DNA of 64,000 nucleotides from an uncultured delta proteobacterium (GTDB lineage Bacteria; Desulfobacterota; Binatia; DP-6), in NCBI GenBank assembly GCA_963815115.1, contig CAWFFN010000008.1, positions 672,001 to 736,000 of the forward strand. Direction: 5' to 3'. The translations under genes and the position numbers were made by a program. The notes under the pieces were generated by a model that saw only the letters and a program-made list of their open reading frames with translations, was not told the DNA's origin and did not search any database. Positions 31,898-41,650 of this stretch are shown piece by piece; within the stretch, counting starts at the first letter, position 1, and each line of letters begins with the position of its first letter.

Positions 31898-33412
31898 TCA
31901 GAACCTGGACGTGCGTCTGCGCCCCCGGTGGCCCCAGCCGCGGGTTGTAGCACGGCCGCACGCCAGGGACTCGAATTCCTTCTTCGATACGTATTCCCCG
32001 GTCGGCATGTAATCGCCGAGCACGGCCGCCTCGGTTCCCGGAAGGGCAACGCCGTTGATGCCGTGGCTGAACGCCGGGTCGGGAAGGAGCTGTCGATAGG
32101 CGATCATGCCCATCTCGCGACGGCCTCCCTTCTCCGGCGGCAGCAGCGTTCCGGGAATCCCCCTCGGGTCCCCGCCGGGCACGTAGTCCGGCGCCCCATC
32201 CCCGCGAGTCGGCCAGTCGAGCCAGGCCACGCCGCAGGCGCGCTTCGCGTTGAAGGGCCTGTCCATGGGGTCACCCGTGACGATCGTGTAGGTGTCGTCG
32301 CGGGCGATCGGGATGTCCTGATCGAACAGGCAGTCGACGTAGCGGCTGCTCTGGAACTCGTTCTGGCAGAAGGACCAGTAGCGGACCTGGCCGGAGCCCA
32401 TCGTCGTCTCGCCGTTGTAGGTGGCCGGCACCGTCGGCGCCCGCCCGTGGATCACCAGCAGCTGGCCGAACCCTCGGTCGCCGAAGGTGACCATCGTGTA
32501 GCCGTCCTTGTTGCTCAGCGGGCCACCGGTTGCCGCGGCCGAGATCGTCGATCGGTCCACCAACGGCGTCGAGAACCCCGGATAGGTCTGATAGAACTGC
32601 CCGACCAGCGAGTAGCGGTAGTTGAAGTAGCGCTCCCAGCGCGGAGGATTCACGCCCGGATGGGTAACGGGCGGCGGAACGTCAGACTCGACGCCGTTCA
32701 CCAGCGTCTTGGTGCGCAGCCGTGCGTAGGTGGGAACGTCGATCAGACCCTGCGCGCCTCCTAGCCTCTCCACGCTCAACGCCTCACAGATGTCGGACCC
32801 ACCGCTGATCACGCTGCCGTCGGCCAGGTGGAGTTCGGCCTGGGGAAGGCCGGCGTCGCCGTCTACGGAAGTCCCCCCGTCGGCCAGGTAGATCCGGTAG
32901 ACGAGCGTCACGCCAAGCCCCGATTCGCGACCGGTGTAGACGGTGTTCGGCGCCCGGTCGGCGGGGTTCGCCGGTGCGGCGCCGCTGACCACCGTGACCG
33001 TGTAGTCGCGGTTGGCGCCGTCGCGGGGCTGCCCGGGAACGTATGGATTGGTGGAGCCGGGATCAGGCTCGATCTGAACGTCGTAGAGCGAGTCGTTCGG
33101 GCCCAGGCTCGTCGGCGGCTGGTTGAAGTTGTAGGTGTTGAACGACATGTACCGCGCGTGCGGGAACTGGGCGTGCAGAACCAGCTCCGCACCTTCCGGA
33201 AGCCCCAGGGTCCAGCTCGACCCCCAGTAGGCGGCGAACTCGTCCGGGTAGTTGATGTTGCTGGTCGCGAGGGTCTCCGGGTTCGTGGAGCCCGCCCAGA
33301 AGCGGTCGCATGGGTCGAGGGGGATGCCCCAGGCAGGCGTGGCGGCCAGCGCCGCCATCGTCGATACCGCCGCCAGCGTCGCGGCGCACGCGCTAAGCCG
33401 CCTTGCTCTCAT
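31898..33412 (-). CDS. Secreted protein, paralog 3
   Basis: Signal peptide; FPHARYMSFNTY, RYWSFCQNE, CGVAWLDW; GAGGAG RBS. Confidence 0.85.
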   Translation of the reverse strand: MRARRLSACAATLAAVSTMAALAATPAWGIPLDPCDRFWAGSTNPETLATSNINYPDEFAAYWGSSWTLGLPEGAELVLHAQFPHARYMSFNTYNFNQPPTSLGPNDSLYDVQIEPDPGSTNPYVPGQPRDGANRDYTVTVVSGAAPANPADRAPNTVYTGRESGLGVTLVYRIYLADGGTSVDGDAGLPQAELHLADGSVISGGSDICEALSVERLGGAQGLIDVPTYARLRTKTLVNGVESDVPPPVTHPGVNPPRWERYFNYRYSLVGQFYQTYPGFSTPLVDRSTISAAATGGPLSNKDGYTMVTFGDRGFGQLLVIHGRAPTVPATYNGETTMGSGQVRYWSFCQNEFQSSRYVDCLFDQDIPIARDDTYTIVTGDPMDRPFNAKRACGVAWLDWPTRGDGAPDYVPGGDPRGIPGTLLPPEKGGRREMGMIAYRQLLPDPAFSHGINGVALPGTEAAVLGDYMPTGEYVSKKEFESLACGRATTRGWGHRGRRRTSRF

Positions 33413-33428
33413 CGTCTCCTCCTCGGGA

Positions 33429-34218
33429 TCAGTGATACGGGTTGCTCGGGTCGGGGAACTGGCACGGCTCGCCCGGCCCGCAGTTGATGGGATAGGGTCG
33501 CCGGAGGCTCTCGAGTGAGGCGACCGGCGTGCCGTCGACGAGCCAGTGACCCATGTCCGCTTGCACCCGGTCGGCCTCGCCGATCGAGACCTGGCAGCCC
33601 CGCCGGTCGTGCTGGAAGGCGCAGGCGGCGATGCCATGCATCTTCCGCCGTACGTCCCAGACGTCATAGTCGTCCAGCACCGCGTTCCCCCCTGCGAGCG
33701 CGATCTCGAGCGGCACGGCGTGATTGGCCGGCAGAGTGCAGGCGCCGTTCTGGGCGAAGCGAACGAGGTCCATATCGAGCACGTCTGCCAGGTGCTCGAC
33801 GGCCTGGTCGAAGCCGGCCGACAGCTGGTCATACCGCAGCAGCGAATCGAACGGCGAGATCGGCGGAGTCTGGTAGGTGGAGTGGATCACTACGTAGCCG
33901 TGCGATGCCAGCACCTCCATCAGCCCCATACATTGAACCGCCTCGGTCGCCCCGTAAGCGTGAGACCAGAAGATCACGGGATGGAGACCCGGGGCGCCGG
34001 TCGGGGAGATCACCGTGACGACCGGCTTTGGCCGCGGGGCGTTGGTGGGATCGTCGGATGCACGAGGGTCGTGATCTGCGTCGAATAAGGACCTGTGGTG
34101 CCGTACCCGTCGTCGGGCTGACCAACGCAGTCGCCGACGGCGGCCCGCACGGGACTCGACAGGGCAGCGGCAATGGCCGCCATGACTACGAGAGTCAGTC
34201 CCCCCCCCTGACACCCAT
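33429..34218 (-). pseudogene. Secreted alpha/beta hydrolase (chlorophyllase-like), frameshifted and lacking the nucleophile motif
   Basis: GYGTTGPYS; PVIFWSHAYG..LASHGYVVIH; no GxSxG; G9 tract and a frameshift near 34040. Confidence 0.65.
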
Positions 34219-34284
34219 GGGCTCTCCCTCTTCCTGAGGTCAACCAGTGGGATACATTTCGTACCCACCAGTTCGGTAAGTCGC

Positions 34285-34313
34285 ATTCGAGCACCGCTCC
34301 GCGCTTCTGTCAA
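34285..34313 (-). promoter_or_regulatory. Sigma70 promoter for the secreted-protein operon
   Basis: Minus strand TTGACA-17 nt-TCGAAT; imperfect palindrome GTGGGATAC..GTACCCAC just downstream. Confidence 0.55.
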
Positions 34314-34361
34314 GCCCGATCCAACAGCCGATACGACAACCGACGCGCGGCGTGCGTGCGC

Positions 34362-35045
34362 CTAGCGAGTCGACGCCGTCCGGGCGGTCGGGGAGTCGAG
34401 CGCGGCAAGGACCCGCCGGCTCATGTTGGTGAGACCCGAGTTCAGGAACGATCCGACGATTCGGGCCGCCGTCTCACGATCCCACTGCTCGCGCTCCGTG
34501 CGTCGGGCGGCGAACACACACATGCCTACGGTCGCCTCGGCGAGGAGAGTGGCCCCGTGGTCGGCGCTGACCCCGTGCTGCGCGAATTCTCGCCGGAGGA
34601 TCTGCGCAACCTTCTCGGCTATACGTCGCAGCGCCAACGCGATGCGGTCCGACGCCTCGGGCGCTGCCGGCCGGTCGGCGATGAAGATCAGCCGAAATGC
34701 GTCCGGATGCTGTTGGGCAAAGTCAAAGATCGCCCGCACGCACATTCGAGCCATATCCTCGCTGGGAAGACCCACCGAGGCGGCGTAGGCACGGAAGAGA
34801 AACTCCTCGAGCCGATCGCACTCCCGCTCGACCACGGCAATGAAGGCCTCTTTCTTCGACGGGAACTGTCGGTAGAGGTTGGGCTTGCGGACCCCGGACT
34901 CGGTCGCGATCGCCTCCATCGTGGTACCGTGGAGGCCGCGGTTGGCGAACAACTGGGTCGCAGTCGAGAGGACCACTGCTTCGCGCACCTCATCCGGGAT
35001 GCGGGGCGGGCGGCCGACTCGGCGCTTCGCTGCCCTTGGGCGCAT
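34362..35045 (-). CDS. TetR/AcrR regulator
   Basis: ATQLFANRGLHGTTMEAIATESGVRKPNLYRQFPSKKEAF. Confidence 0.92.
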   Translation of the reverse strand: MRPRAAKRRVGRPPRIPDEVREAVVLSTATQLFANRGLHGTTMEAIATESGVRKPNLYRQFPSKKEAFIAVVERECDRLEEFLFRAYAASVGLPSEDMARMCVRAIFDFAQQHPDAFRLIFIADRPAAPEASDRIALALRRIAEKVAQILRREFAQHGVSADHGATLLAEATVGMCVFAARRTEREQWDRETAARIVGSFLNSGLTNMSRRVLAALDSPTARTASTR

Positions 35046-35129
35046 GGTAGAGGAGTCGCCGGATTTCGAACCGCGGTGGGGCGAAAGTACCATCATGGAA
35101 CCGATAGCAGGAAGGGACACGCGGGAGAA

Positions 35130-35235
35130 GGGCGTGAGTTCGGGCCCGACGCGGTCGAGCGCGCGATGCGCGAGCGCCTACGGGCGATCGAGCAGACTGT
35201 GGAGGAGGAGGCGGAGGCGGCACTGGGGAGCGGGA
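35130..35235 (+). pseudogene. IS256-like transposase N-terminal remnant
   Basis: DAVERAMRERLRAIEQTVEEEAEAALG. Confidence 0.5.
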
Positions 35236-35339
35236 CGGTCGGCACGGTTGGGCACTCTTCTGTGAAGCGAAACCGTACCTCTCATTGGAAAGCGGTGAAG
35301 CTGCTTTTGGAATTGAATGGCGTTGGCTCCAGAGGGAGG

Positions 35340-35525
35340 GCGCCGCGCGACCACTCGCTCTCGGTCGCGGCTTCGAGCAGTATCCGCGCCCGTGCCCGGC
35401 CGCCACGCAGGACGGTGAACCTCTCTCGCGTCGTCCGGATGCGGTGCTCGAGCACGATCGCCCGCGGCGTCCTCGATGCAGACCTGGCTTTCCTGCTTGT
35501 GCACGTCCATGCTAGTATATTCGAG
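35340..35525 (-). pseudogene. IS110 transposase N-terminal remnant
   Basis: MDVHKQESQVCI / EHRIRTTRERF..RILLEAATESEW. Confidence 0.75.
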
Positions 35526-35594
35526 GCTGGAGCCGACACGAACCCGCGGAAGGGAAGAAGCGATGAGAACGGCAGCGGAGATCCACGAGCTGGT

Positions 35595-35849
35595 CCGCGT
35601 GGTGGAGCCGCAACCGGCGGGCGTCTCGGGACCTGCTTGCCAACGAGCTTGATCGGGCGCTGGAGCTAATCGAGCACGTACCCCAGGCCGGGCGTCGCAC
35701 GACGAGCAAGCTCTTCCGTGATGTCTGCCGTCTGCTCCTCCGGAGGAGTGGGGTATCACCTCTACTACCAGCTACTCGACGCGCAGCACGCCGTCCACGT
35801 CGTGTACTTCCGCCACGCTCGCCGACGACCGATCACCTGGCGGAGATGA
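35595..35849 (+). pseudogene. RelE/ParE toxin lacking its start
   Basis: WWSRNRRASRDLLANELDRALELIEHVPQAG..RLLLRRSGYHLYY..VVYFRHARR. Confidence 0.7.
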
Positions 35850-35951
35850 GTCCGGGGGTCAACGCGTCGGAACGTACATTGGCCACGTCAGTGCTCACCT
35901 GCGGTTTGCAGGCGGGTTTCTCCGGCCTACCGCCGGTCCGCCGGGCTTCGA

Positions 35952-36154
35952 GAATCAGTAGGTCAACGCCTCCACCCGTCCATCGGTCAGTCTCCATCCA
36001 GTCACCATGCCGATGCCTGCCGGTGCCTGCCGATGGGTGAGCCTCGACGGGTAACCCTCGAATCTTCCGAGACACGGCCACCCGCCGGAACCTGCCGGCA
36101 ACCTCCTGCGTCCTTTCGTAATCAGTAGGTCGCCGGTTCGACTCCGGCGGGTGG
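35952..36154 (+). repeat. ~200-bp att module, copy 1 (ends in 40 bp identical to the tRNA-Thr 3' half, 36115-36154)
   Basis: Aligns with 61763-61964; TTCGTAATCAGTAGGTCGCCGGTTCGACTCCGGCGGGTGG equals 24397-24436. Confidence 0.93.
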
Positions 36155-36159
36155 GGACC

Positions 36160-36400
36160 CATGACCTCCTGCCGGCGGACGACGCGGGGATCGCCGACGC
36201 GGTCGTCTGCGCCACCTTCCTGCGCTTCAAGGGACTCGAGCTGCCGGCCGTGGTCGTGACCGACTCGGGCATCGCGAACACCAAGCGCGAGGTGCGCCTG
36301 TACATCGCGCTCACGCGCGCGCTGGACCTCGTGCGGATCGTCGCGGACGAGACGACGATTGGGCAAGACCCGTTCTTCGCGAGCTCGTCGGGACGTGACC
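36160..36400 (+). pseudogene. UvrD/SF1 helicase C-terminal fragment
   Basis: TFLRFKGLELPAVVV..LYIALTRA; begins right at the att. Confidence 0.75.
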
Positions 36401-36424
36401 GCGGACGGCCTCGTACCCCCGTCG

Positions 36425-36597
36425 TCAAGGCACGACGACGAATCCCTCGCGCCGCGCGGCCTCAGCGAGGTGATCGTCGAGGGTGACGAAGCGAAGCACG
36501 TCGGAGCACTCGTCGCACGCTACTAGCGCGGCGGCGAGCTGGAGGGCATCGGCGGCTCGCAGAGGATGCGCGGCGAGGAGCCGTCGGGTCGCCGGTA
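36425..36597 (-). pseudogene. PIN toxin C-terminal fragment
   Basis: RLLAAHPLRAADALQLAAAL..FVTLDDHLAEAARREGF. Confidence 0.75.
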
Positions 36598-36841
36598 CTT
36601 AATCTGGTACTTTGGCATCCGCTTGGTCTCCTTGCACCGAAATGATCAGATCACCCGACGGCACCACTCGGTCCGCCAGCGTCGCCTGCGAGAGCGGGCC
36701 ACTCTCGGCTTCGCCCATCACTCTGAGCGGCATCCGCGCGGTTAGGTCATGCCATTGCCCTGACTGCCTGCCAACAACCGGCTGATCAGCGGCGGCCGGA
36801 GCGGGACGATGCACTCGACGGCGAGGAGGCGACCAAGCAAC

Positions 36842-37162
36842 TCACGCCGCTCGCCGGCTGATCTCCCGAGCGATCTCGGCTCTCGATGCCCCGACGAGCA
36901 GGAGCGACCGCACCAGGAGATCCACGCTCACCGAGCGGTCTCCCGCCTCCATCTTGGCCACCCGCGACTGGCTCGAACCGAGTAGCTTGGCCATCGCCTC
37001 CTGTGACAACCCGCGGTTCGTTCGCACGTCGCGCAGGCGACGCGCCAGGTTCAGCTTCATCTCGACCAGCGCTGCCTCCTCGGGCTTCAAGCGCAGGAAC
37101 TCGGCCGCGCTACCCACTCGCCACCCGGCTGCCTCGAGTCGCTTCCTTTTCCTTGCCTTCAT
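36842..37162 (-). CDS. HigA-like XRE antitoxin
   Basis: LSQEAMAKLLGSSQSRVAKMEAGD. Confidence 0.88.
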   Translation of the reverse strand: MKARKRKRLEAAGWRVGSAAEFLRLKPEEAALVEMKLNLARRLRDVRTNRGLSQEAMAKLLGSSQSRVAKMEAGDRSVSVDLLVRSLLLVGASRAEIAREISRRAA

Positions 37163-37521
37163 CGCACTTTCTCCTTGCTGGCTCGGTCATACCTAGCAGC
37201 GCGAGCCTGACAGGTTGTGACGACGGCAACGGGCGTAGCCCCTGTCGTCTTGCTGAACACCTCGAGGATCACTATCGCGTCGCGATCGATGCGGTACATC
37301 ACGCGCCAGGTTCTATCGCGGTCGTTGATACGGAGCTCGTGACAGCGTGGGCCGATCGCCGGCATCGGCCGCGAATGGGGCATTGCGAGCAGCTCACCCC
37401 TCTGCAGCCGGCGGAGCAAAACTCCTGCCTCGATGCGGGCAGCCGCCGACAGCGGGGGGGTCTTGATCTCGCCCCCGAGCCAGACGAGCGGTTTGTCCAG
37501 CCGTCGCGCCAAGGCGCCCAA
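37159..37521 (-). CDS. HigB/RelE-like (Gp49) toxin
   Basis: KPLVWL..KTPP, MPHSRPMP, CHELRI, WRVMYRID, VFSKTT. Confidence 0.88.
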   Translation of the reverse strand: MGALARRLDKPLVWLGGEIKTPPLSAAARIEAGVLLRRLQRGELLAMPHSRPMPAIGPRCHELRINDRDRTWRVMYRIDRDAIVILEVFSKTTGATPVAVVTTCQARAARYDRASKEKVR

Positions 37522-37523
37522 GA

Positions 37524-37543
37524 CTATGTCAGATCCGACATAG
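37524..37543. promoter_or_regulatory. Palindromic operator of higBA
   Basis: CTATGTC-AGATCC-GACATAG. Confidence 0.65.
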
Positions 37544-37740
37544 ACTCAAGCCCCCAGACGGTGGCTCCTTATCAATCAACGGGAACATTCCCGATGACCT
37601 CTACCATCAGGTCCTCGACGCGCAGCACGCCGTCCACGTCGTGCACCTCGTCACGCGCGCCGACCACCGATCACCAAAAGCTCCCCGTTGACCGCACCGT
37701 CCCGACAGCAGTACTGCACCGCGAAGATGGGAAGCACGGC

Positions 37741-39216
37741 ATGACGCGATACCAGATGCTCATCGGCGGGGAGCTGGTCGATGCCGAGGGCGACCGCCGC
37801 CTCGACGCCGTCAATCCGTACACGCGGGATGTATTCGCGACGATCCCCGACGCGTCGAGCGCCGACGTTCACGCAGCCGTCGATGCCGCGCACCGTGCGT
37901 TCGACCGGACGTGGTCCACGGTGTCCGGCGCGGAGCGGGCCCGTCTCATGCACCGCCTGGCCGATCTGATCGACGAGCGCACCGACGAGCTCGGCCGGCT
38001 GGAGTCGACGGACAACGGAAAGATCCTGCGGGAGACCAGCGGCCAGGCCAGATTCGCCGCGCGCAACTATCGCTTCTTTGCCGGCTACGCGGACAAGCTC
38101 TACGGCCGCACGATCCCTCTCGATACGGCGTCCAGTCTGGACTACACGCTGCGCGAGCCGGTGGGCGTCGCGGCCCTCGTCACCGCGTGGAACTCGCCGA
38201 TGCAGCTGCTGGCCAACAAGCTCGCTCCCGCGCTGGCCGCCGGCAACACCGTCGTGATCAAGCCATCGGAGCACGCCTCGGCGACGACCCTGGACCTGTC
38301 GCTCCTGGTCGCCGCGGCGGGCTTCCCGCCGGGAGTCATCAACGTGGTGAGTGGCGGGGTCGAGGCGGGCACGGCACTGGCCGCCCACCCCGGGCTCGGC
38401 CGCATCAGCTTCACGGGTAGCGTGGCCACGGGCCAGGCGATCGCGGCGGCGGCGGCGCAGACGCTCGTCCCGGTGACGCTGGAGCTGGGCGGCAAGTCGC
38501 CGAACATCGTATTCCCGGATGCTGATCTGAAACGCGCAGTCACGGGGGCGCTCATCGGCATCTTCTCCGCGGGTGGTCAGACATGTATTGCCGGCAGCCG
38601 CCTGCTCGTCCACAGCGCGGTCTACGACGAGGTGGTCGAGGCGATCGCCCGGCGGACCAAGGCGATCCGGCTCGGCGACCCGTTGGCGCCGACGACCCAC
38701 ATGGGACCGGTGGCCAACGAGCCGCAGTACGAGCGCATCCGCCAGATGGTGGCGGCCGGCAAGGAGTCCGGCGCAACGATGGTAGCCGGGGACGAAGGGC
38801 TGGACGGCGCCGACCTGGGCCGAGGCCTGTTCGTGCGCCCGACGGTCTTCGCCGGCGTCCGCAACACGGCCAGGTTGGCACGCGAAGAGATCTTCGGACC
38901 GGTCCTCAGCATCATCAGGTTCGACGACGACGCGGAGGCCATCACCCTGGCCAACGACAGCGAGTTCGGGCTGGCGTCGGCGATTTGGACGAACGATCTG
39001 AGCCGAGCCCACACTGTGGCGCGACGGCTCGTGGCAGGCACCGTGTGGGTCAACACCTACCGTGCGAGCGCGGCGCAGGCACCCTTCGGCGGCGTACGCC
39101 GGTCTGGGTATGGGCGGGAGCGCGGCAGCGAGGCGCTGGAAGAATACCTCCGGACGAAGAACGTGATGATCGACCTGTCGGGCAGCACGGCCGACCCGTT
39201 CGTACCGTTCGAATAG
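37741..39216 (+). CDS. Aldehyde dehydrogenase
   Basis: WNSP, KPSE, FTGS, LELGGKSP, GQTCIAGS, EEIFGPV. Confidence 0.95.
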   Translation: MTRYQMLIGGELVDAEGDRRLDAVNPYTRDVFATIPDASSADVHAAVDAAHRAFDRTWSTVSGAERARLMHRLADLIDERTDELGRLESTDNGKILRETSGQARFAARNYRFFAGYADKLYGRTIPLDTASSLDYTLREPVGVAALVTAWNSPMQLLANKLAPALAAGNTVVIKPSEHASATTLDLSLLVAAAGFPPGVINVVSGGVEAGTALAAHPGLGRISFTGSVATGQAIAAAAAQTLVPVTLELGGKSPNIVFPDADLKRAVTGALIGIFSAGGQTCIAGSRLLVHSAVYDEVVEAIARRTKAIRLGDPLAPTTHMGPVANEPQYERIRQMVAAGKESGATMVAGDEGLDGADLGRGLFVRPTVFAGVRNTARLAREEIFGPVLSIIRFDDDAEAITLANDSEFGLASAIWTNDLSRAHTVARRLVAGTVWVNTYRASAAQAPFGGVRRSGYGRERGSEALEEYLRTKNVMIDLSGSTADPFVPFE

Positions 39217-39236
39217 TGAAAGGTAGCGAGGACACC

Positions 39237-40139
39237 ATGACACGACAGGACGGGCCGGTGGCGCTGGCGGGGCTCGGGAACATGGGCTCGGCCGTCGCAG
39301 GCCGGCTGGCCCAGCGGTTCAGGGTGCTCGGCTTCGATGTCGATCCGAGGCGCCGGGCCGACGCCGCCGACCGCTACAAGATAGCCGTCGTCGAGGATGT
39401 AGCCCTGCTCGCGCAAGCGTCTATCCTGGTCCTGTCGCTGCCGACCCCCGAGATCTCCGCGACCGTGGTGCGGACCTTGCTCGCGGATCTGCCCCCGGGC
39501 ACGCTCATCGTGGAGACCAGCACAGTCAACCCCACGGACATGTGGCGCCTGCGCGATGTCTGCTCGCCCGCGGGAGTTCGCGTGGTCGACGGCGCCATCC
39601 TGTCGGGTGTCGCCCAGATGGCGGCCGGTCGATCCACCCTCCTCGTCGGCGGGAAGGCCGAAGACCTCGATGCGGCAGCAGGAGTGTTCGCAGCGCTCGC
39701 CCCGCGGGTGCTCCGCTTCGGTGACGTCGGCACCGGCATGGCCGCGAAGGTCATCAACAACGCAGTGGCGCATGCTGTCATGGTGATCCTCGTCGAGGCG
39801 GGGGCGATGGCGGCGGCGACCGGCGTGGCGTTGCACGACTTGGCGAACCTGCTGGCCGATCCCGACGCGGGACTGCTGCGCCCGCTTACGCACCGCTTCG
39901 TCGAGCGTGTCCTGCGCGCCGACTACGAAGGCGGCATGCCGACGGAAGCAGCTCGCAAAGACTCCACGCTCGCCCTGGCCCTGGCACAAACCAGCGGTGT
40001 CCCGCTGTTCGCCATCCAGGGCGCCCACACGGTCTACGAGTTGGCCCTCGCCGACGGGTTGGGACGCCTCGACTATGCGTCGATCGCGCAACTCTGGGAG
40101 GGCTGGACGAATCGCAGCCTCTGCAAGACAGCAGAATGA
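39237..40139 (+). CDS. 3-hydroxyisobutyrate dehydrogenase-family oxidoreductase
   Basis: GLGNMG, ETSTV, AAKVINN, KD. Confidence 0.88.
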   Translation: MTRQDGPVALAGLGNMGSAVAGRLAQRFRVLGFDVDPRRRADAADRYKIAVVEDVALLAQASILVLSLPTPEISATVVRTLLADLPPGTLIVETSTVNPTDMWRLRDVCSPAGVRVVDGAILSGVAQMAAGRSTLLVGGKAEDLDAAAGVFAALAPRVLRFGDVGTGMAAKVINNAVAHAVMVILVEAGAMAAATGVALHDLANLLADPDAGLLRPLTHRFVERVLRADYEGGMPTEAARKDSTLALALAQTSGVPLFAIQGAHTVYELALADGLGRLDYASIAQLWEGWTNRSLCKTAE

Positions 40140-41650
40140 GTGACGTCTCCTTCGAGGTCGTGGTCGTCGGGGGAGGTAACGCCGGATTCAGCGCCGCCCA
40201 CGCCGCACGCGAGATGGGTGCCTCGGTGCTCCTGCTCGAGAAGACGGTGCAGGCGCAGGCGGGCGGCAACAGCTACTACACCGCGGGAGCCTTCCGCGTC
40301 GCATTCAACGGCCTCGATGACCTCCTCCCGTTACTTGCCGACCCGACGGACGCACGGCTCGCCACGACAGTCGTGCCCCCGTATCCGGAGACCGAGTTCC
40401 GGCGCGACATGGAACGCATGACCGAGGGCCGCTGTGAGCCACTTCTCACCGACATCCTCATCTCCCAATCGGCTGAGACGCTGGCCTGGCTGCGCGACAA
40501 GGGCCTCAAGTTCAGGCTCATGTACGAGCGCCAGGCGTATTCGTCCGGCGACGCGTGGGTCTTCTTCGGCGGCCTGCCCCTTGGCTCCGTCGGCGGCGGC
40601 AAGGGCCTGGTAGCGCAACACACCGTGGCCGCGATCGAGGCGGGCGTCGTGATCCAGTACGGCGCGGCGCTGTCCGGCCTGCGGCGCGATGCGCGCGGGA
40701 CGGTCGTCGGCGTCACCTACAGCGACCTCGACGGACGCCCGCACGACGTGGACGCGGGGGCGGTCGTCCTCGCCGCGGGCGGGTTCGAGTCCGACCCGGA
40801 ACGGCGCGAACGCTACCTCGGGCCGGGCTGGTCGCGCGCCCTCGTGCGAGGAACCCCGTCCAACACGGGCGAAGTCCTGGACCTGGCGGTCGAGGCCGGC
40901 GCGGCACGCTTCGGCGACTGGGGCGCGTGCCACAGCGTCGCATGGGACGCGGGCGGGCCACCCGGCGGCGGCAACCGTGACCTGACGAACCAGCTGACCC
41001 GGCAGAGCTACCCGCTCGGGATCGTCGTCAACGCGCAGGGACGGCGGTTCGTGGACGAGGGGGCCGACTTCCGCAACTATACCTACGCGAAGTACGGTCG
41101 CGAGATCCTCGCGCAGCCCGGCGGCATCGCCTTCCAGCTCTTCGACGCCAAGACCCGTCCGTTGCTGCGGCCCGAGGAGTACGATTCGCAACCCATCACC
41201 GGCGCGTCGGCTGACACCCTCGACGCACTCGCCGATCGGCTCGGGATCGACGTCGACGGGCTCCGGCGCACGATCAACGACTTCAACTCCGCCATCGTGG
41301 ACGTGCCCTTCGACCCCGCGGTCAAGGATGGTCGGGCGTCCCTCGTCGACCCGCCGAAGTCGAACTGGGCGCAGGCGCTCGATTCCCCGCCGTTCTACGG
41401 TTACGCGGTCTCCTGCGGGATCACGTTCACCTTCGGCGGAATCCACATTGACCGGCACGCCCGGGTGCTCGACTCGTCCGAGGCATCCATCGGCGGCCTC
41501 TACGCCGCCGGCGAGATGGTCGGTGGGCTCTTCTACGGCAACTATCCCGGCGGCACGGGGCTCACCTCCGGTGCCGTCTTCGGGCGGATCGCAGGTCACC
41601 ACGCCACGCGCCAGGTGAGTCTGCGTGCCGTCGAGGAGCAGCACGCATGA
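40136..41650 (+). CDS. tcuA: TcuA-like FAD-dependent dehydrogenase
   Basis: VVGGGNAG, AGGNSYYTAG, RFVDEGADFRNYTYA, GITFTFGG, NYPGGTGL. Confidence 0.85.
   Translation: MSDVSFEVVVVGGGNAGFSAAHAAREMGASVLLLEKTVQAQAGGNSYYTAGAFRVAFNGLDDLLPLLADPTDARLATTVVPPYPETEFRRDMERMTEGRCEPLLTDILISQSAETLAWLRDKGLKFRLMYERQAYSSGDAWVFFGGLPLGSVGGGKGLVAQHTVAAIEAGVVIQYGAALSGLRRDARGTVVGVTYSDLDGRPHDVDAGAVVLAAGGFESDPERRERYLGPGWSRALVRGTPSNTGEVLDLAVEAGAARFGDWGACHSVAWDAGGPPGGGNRDLTNQLTRQSYPLGIVVNAQGRRFVDEGADFRNYTYAKYGREILAQPGGIAFQLFDAKTRPLLRPEEYDSQPITGASADTLDALADRLGIDVDGLRRTINDFNSAIVDVPFDPAVKDGRASLVDPPKSNWAQALDSPPFYGYAVSCGITFTFGGIHIDRHARVLDSSEASIGGLYAAGEMVGGLFYGNYPGGTGLTSGAVFGRIAGHHATRQVSLRAVEEQHA

Noticed and set aside
40136-41650. 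Complete tricarballylate utilisation locus
   Set aside because: tcuB, tcuC and tcuR are absent, so the substrate cannot be assigned.
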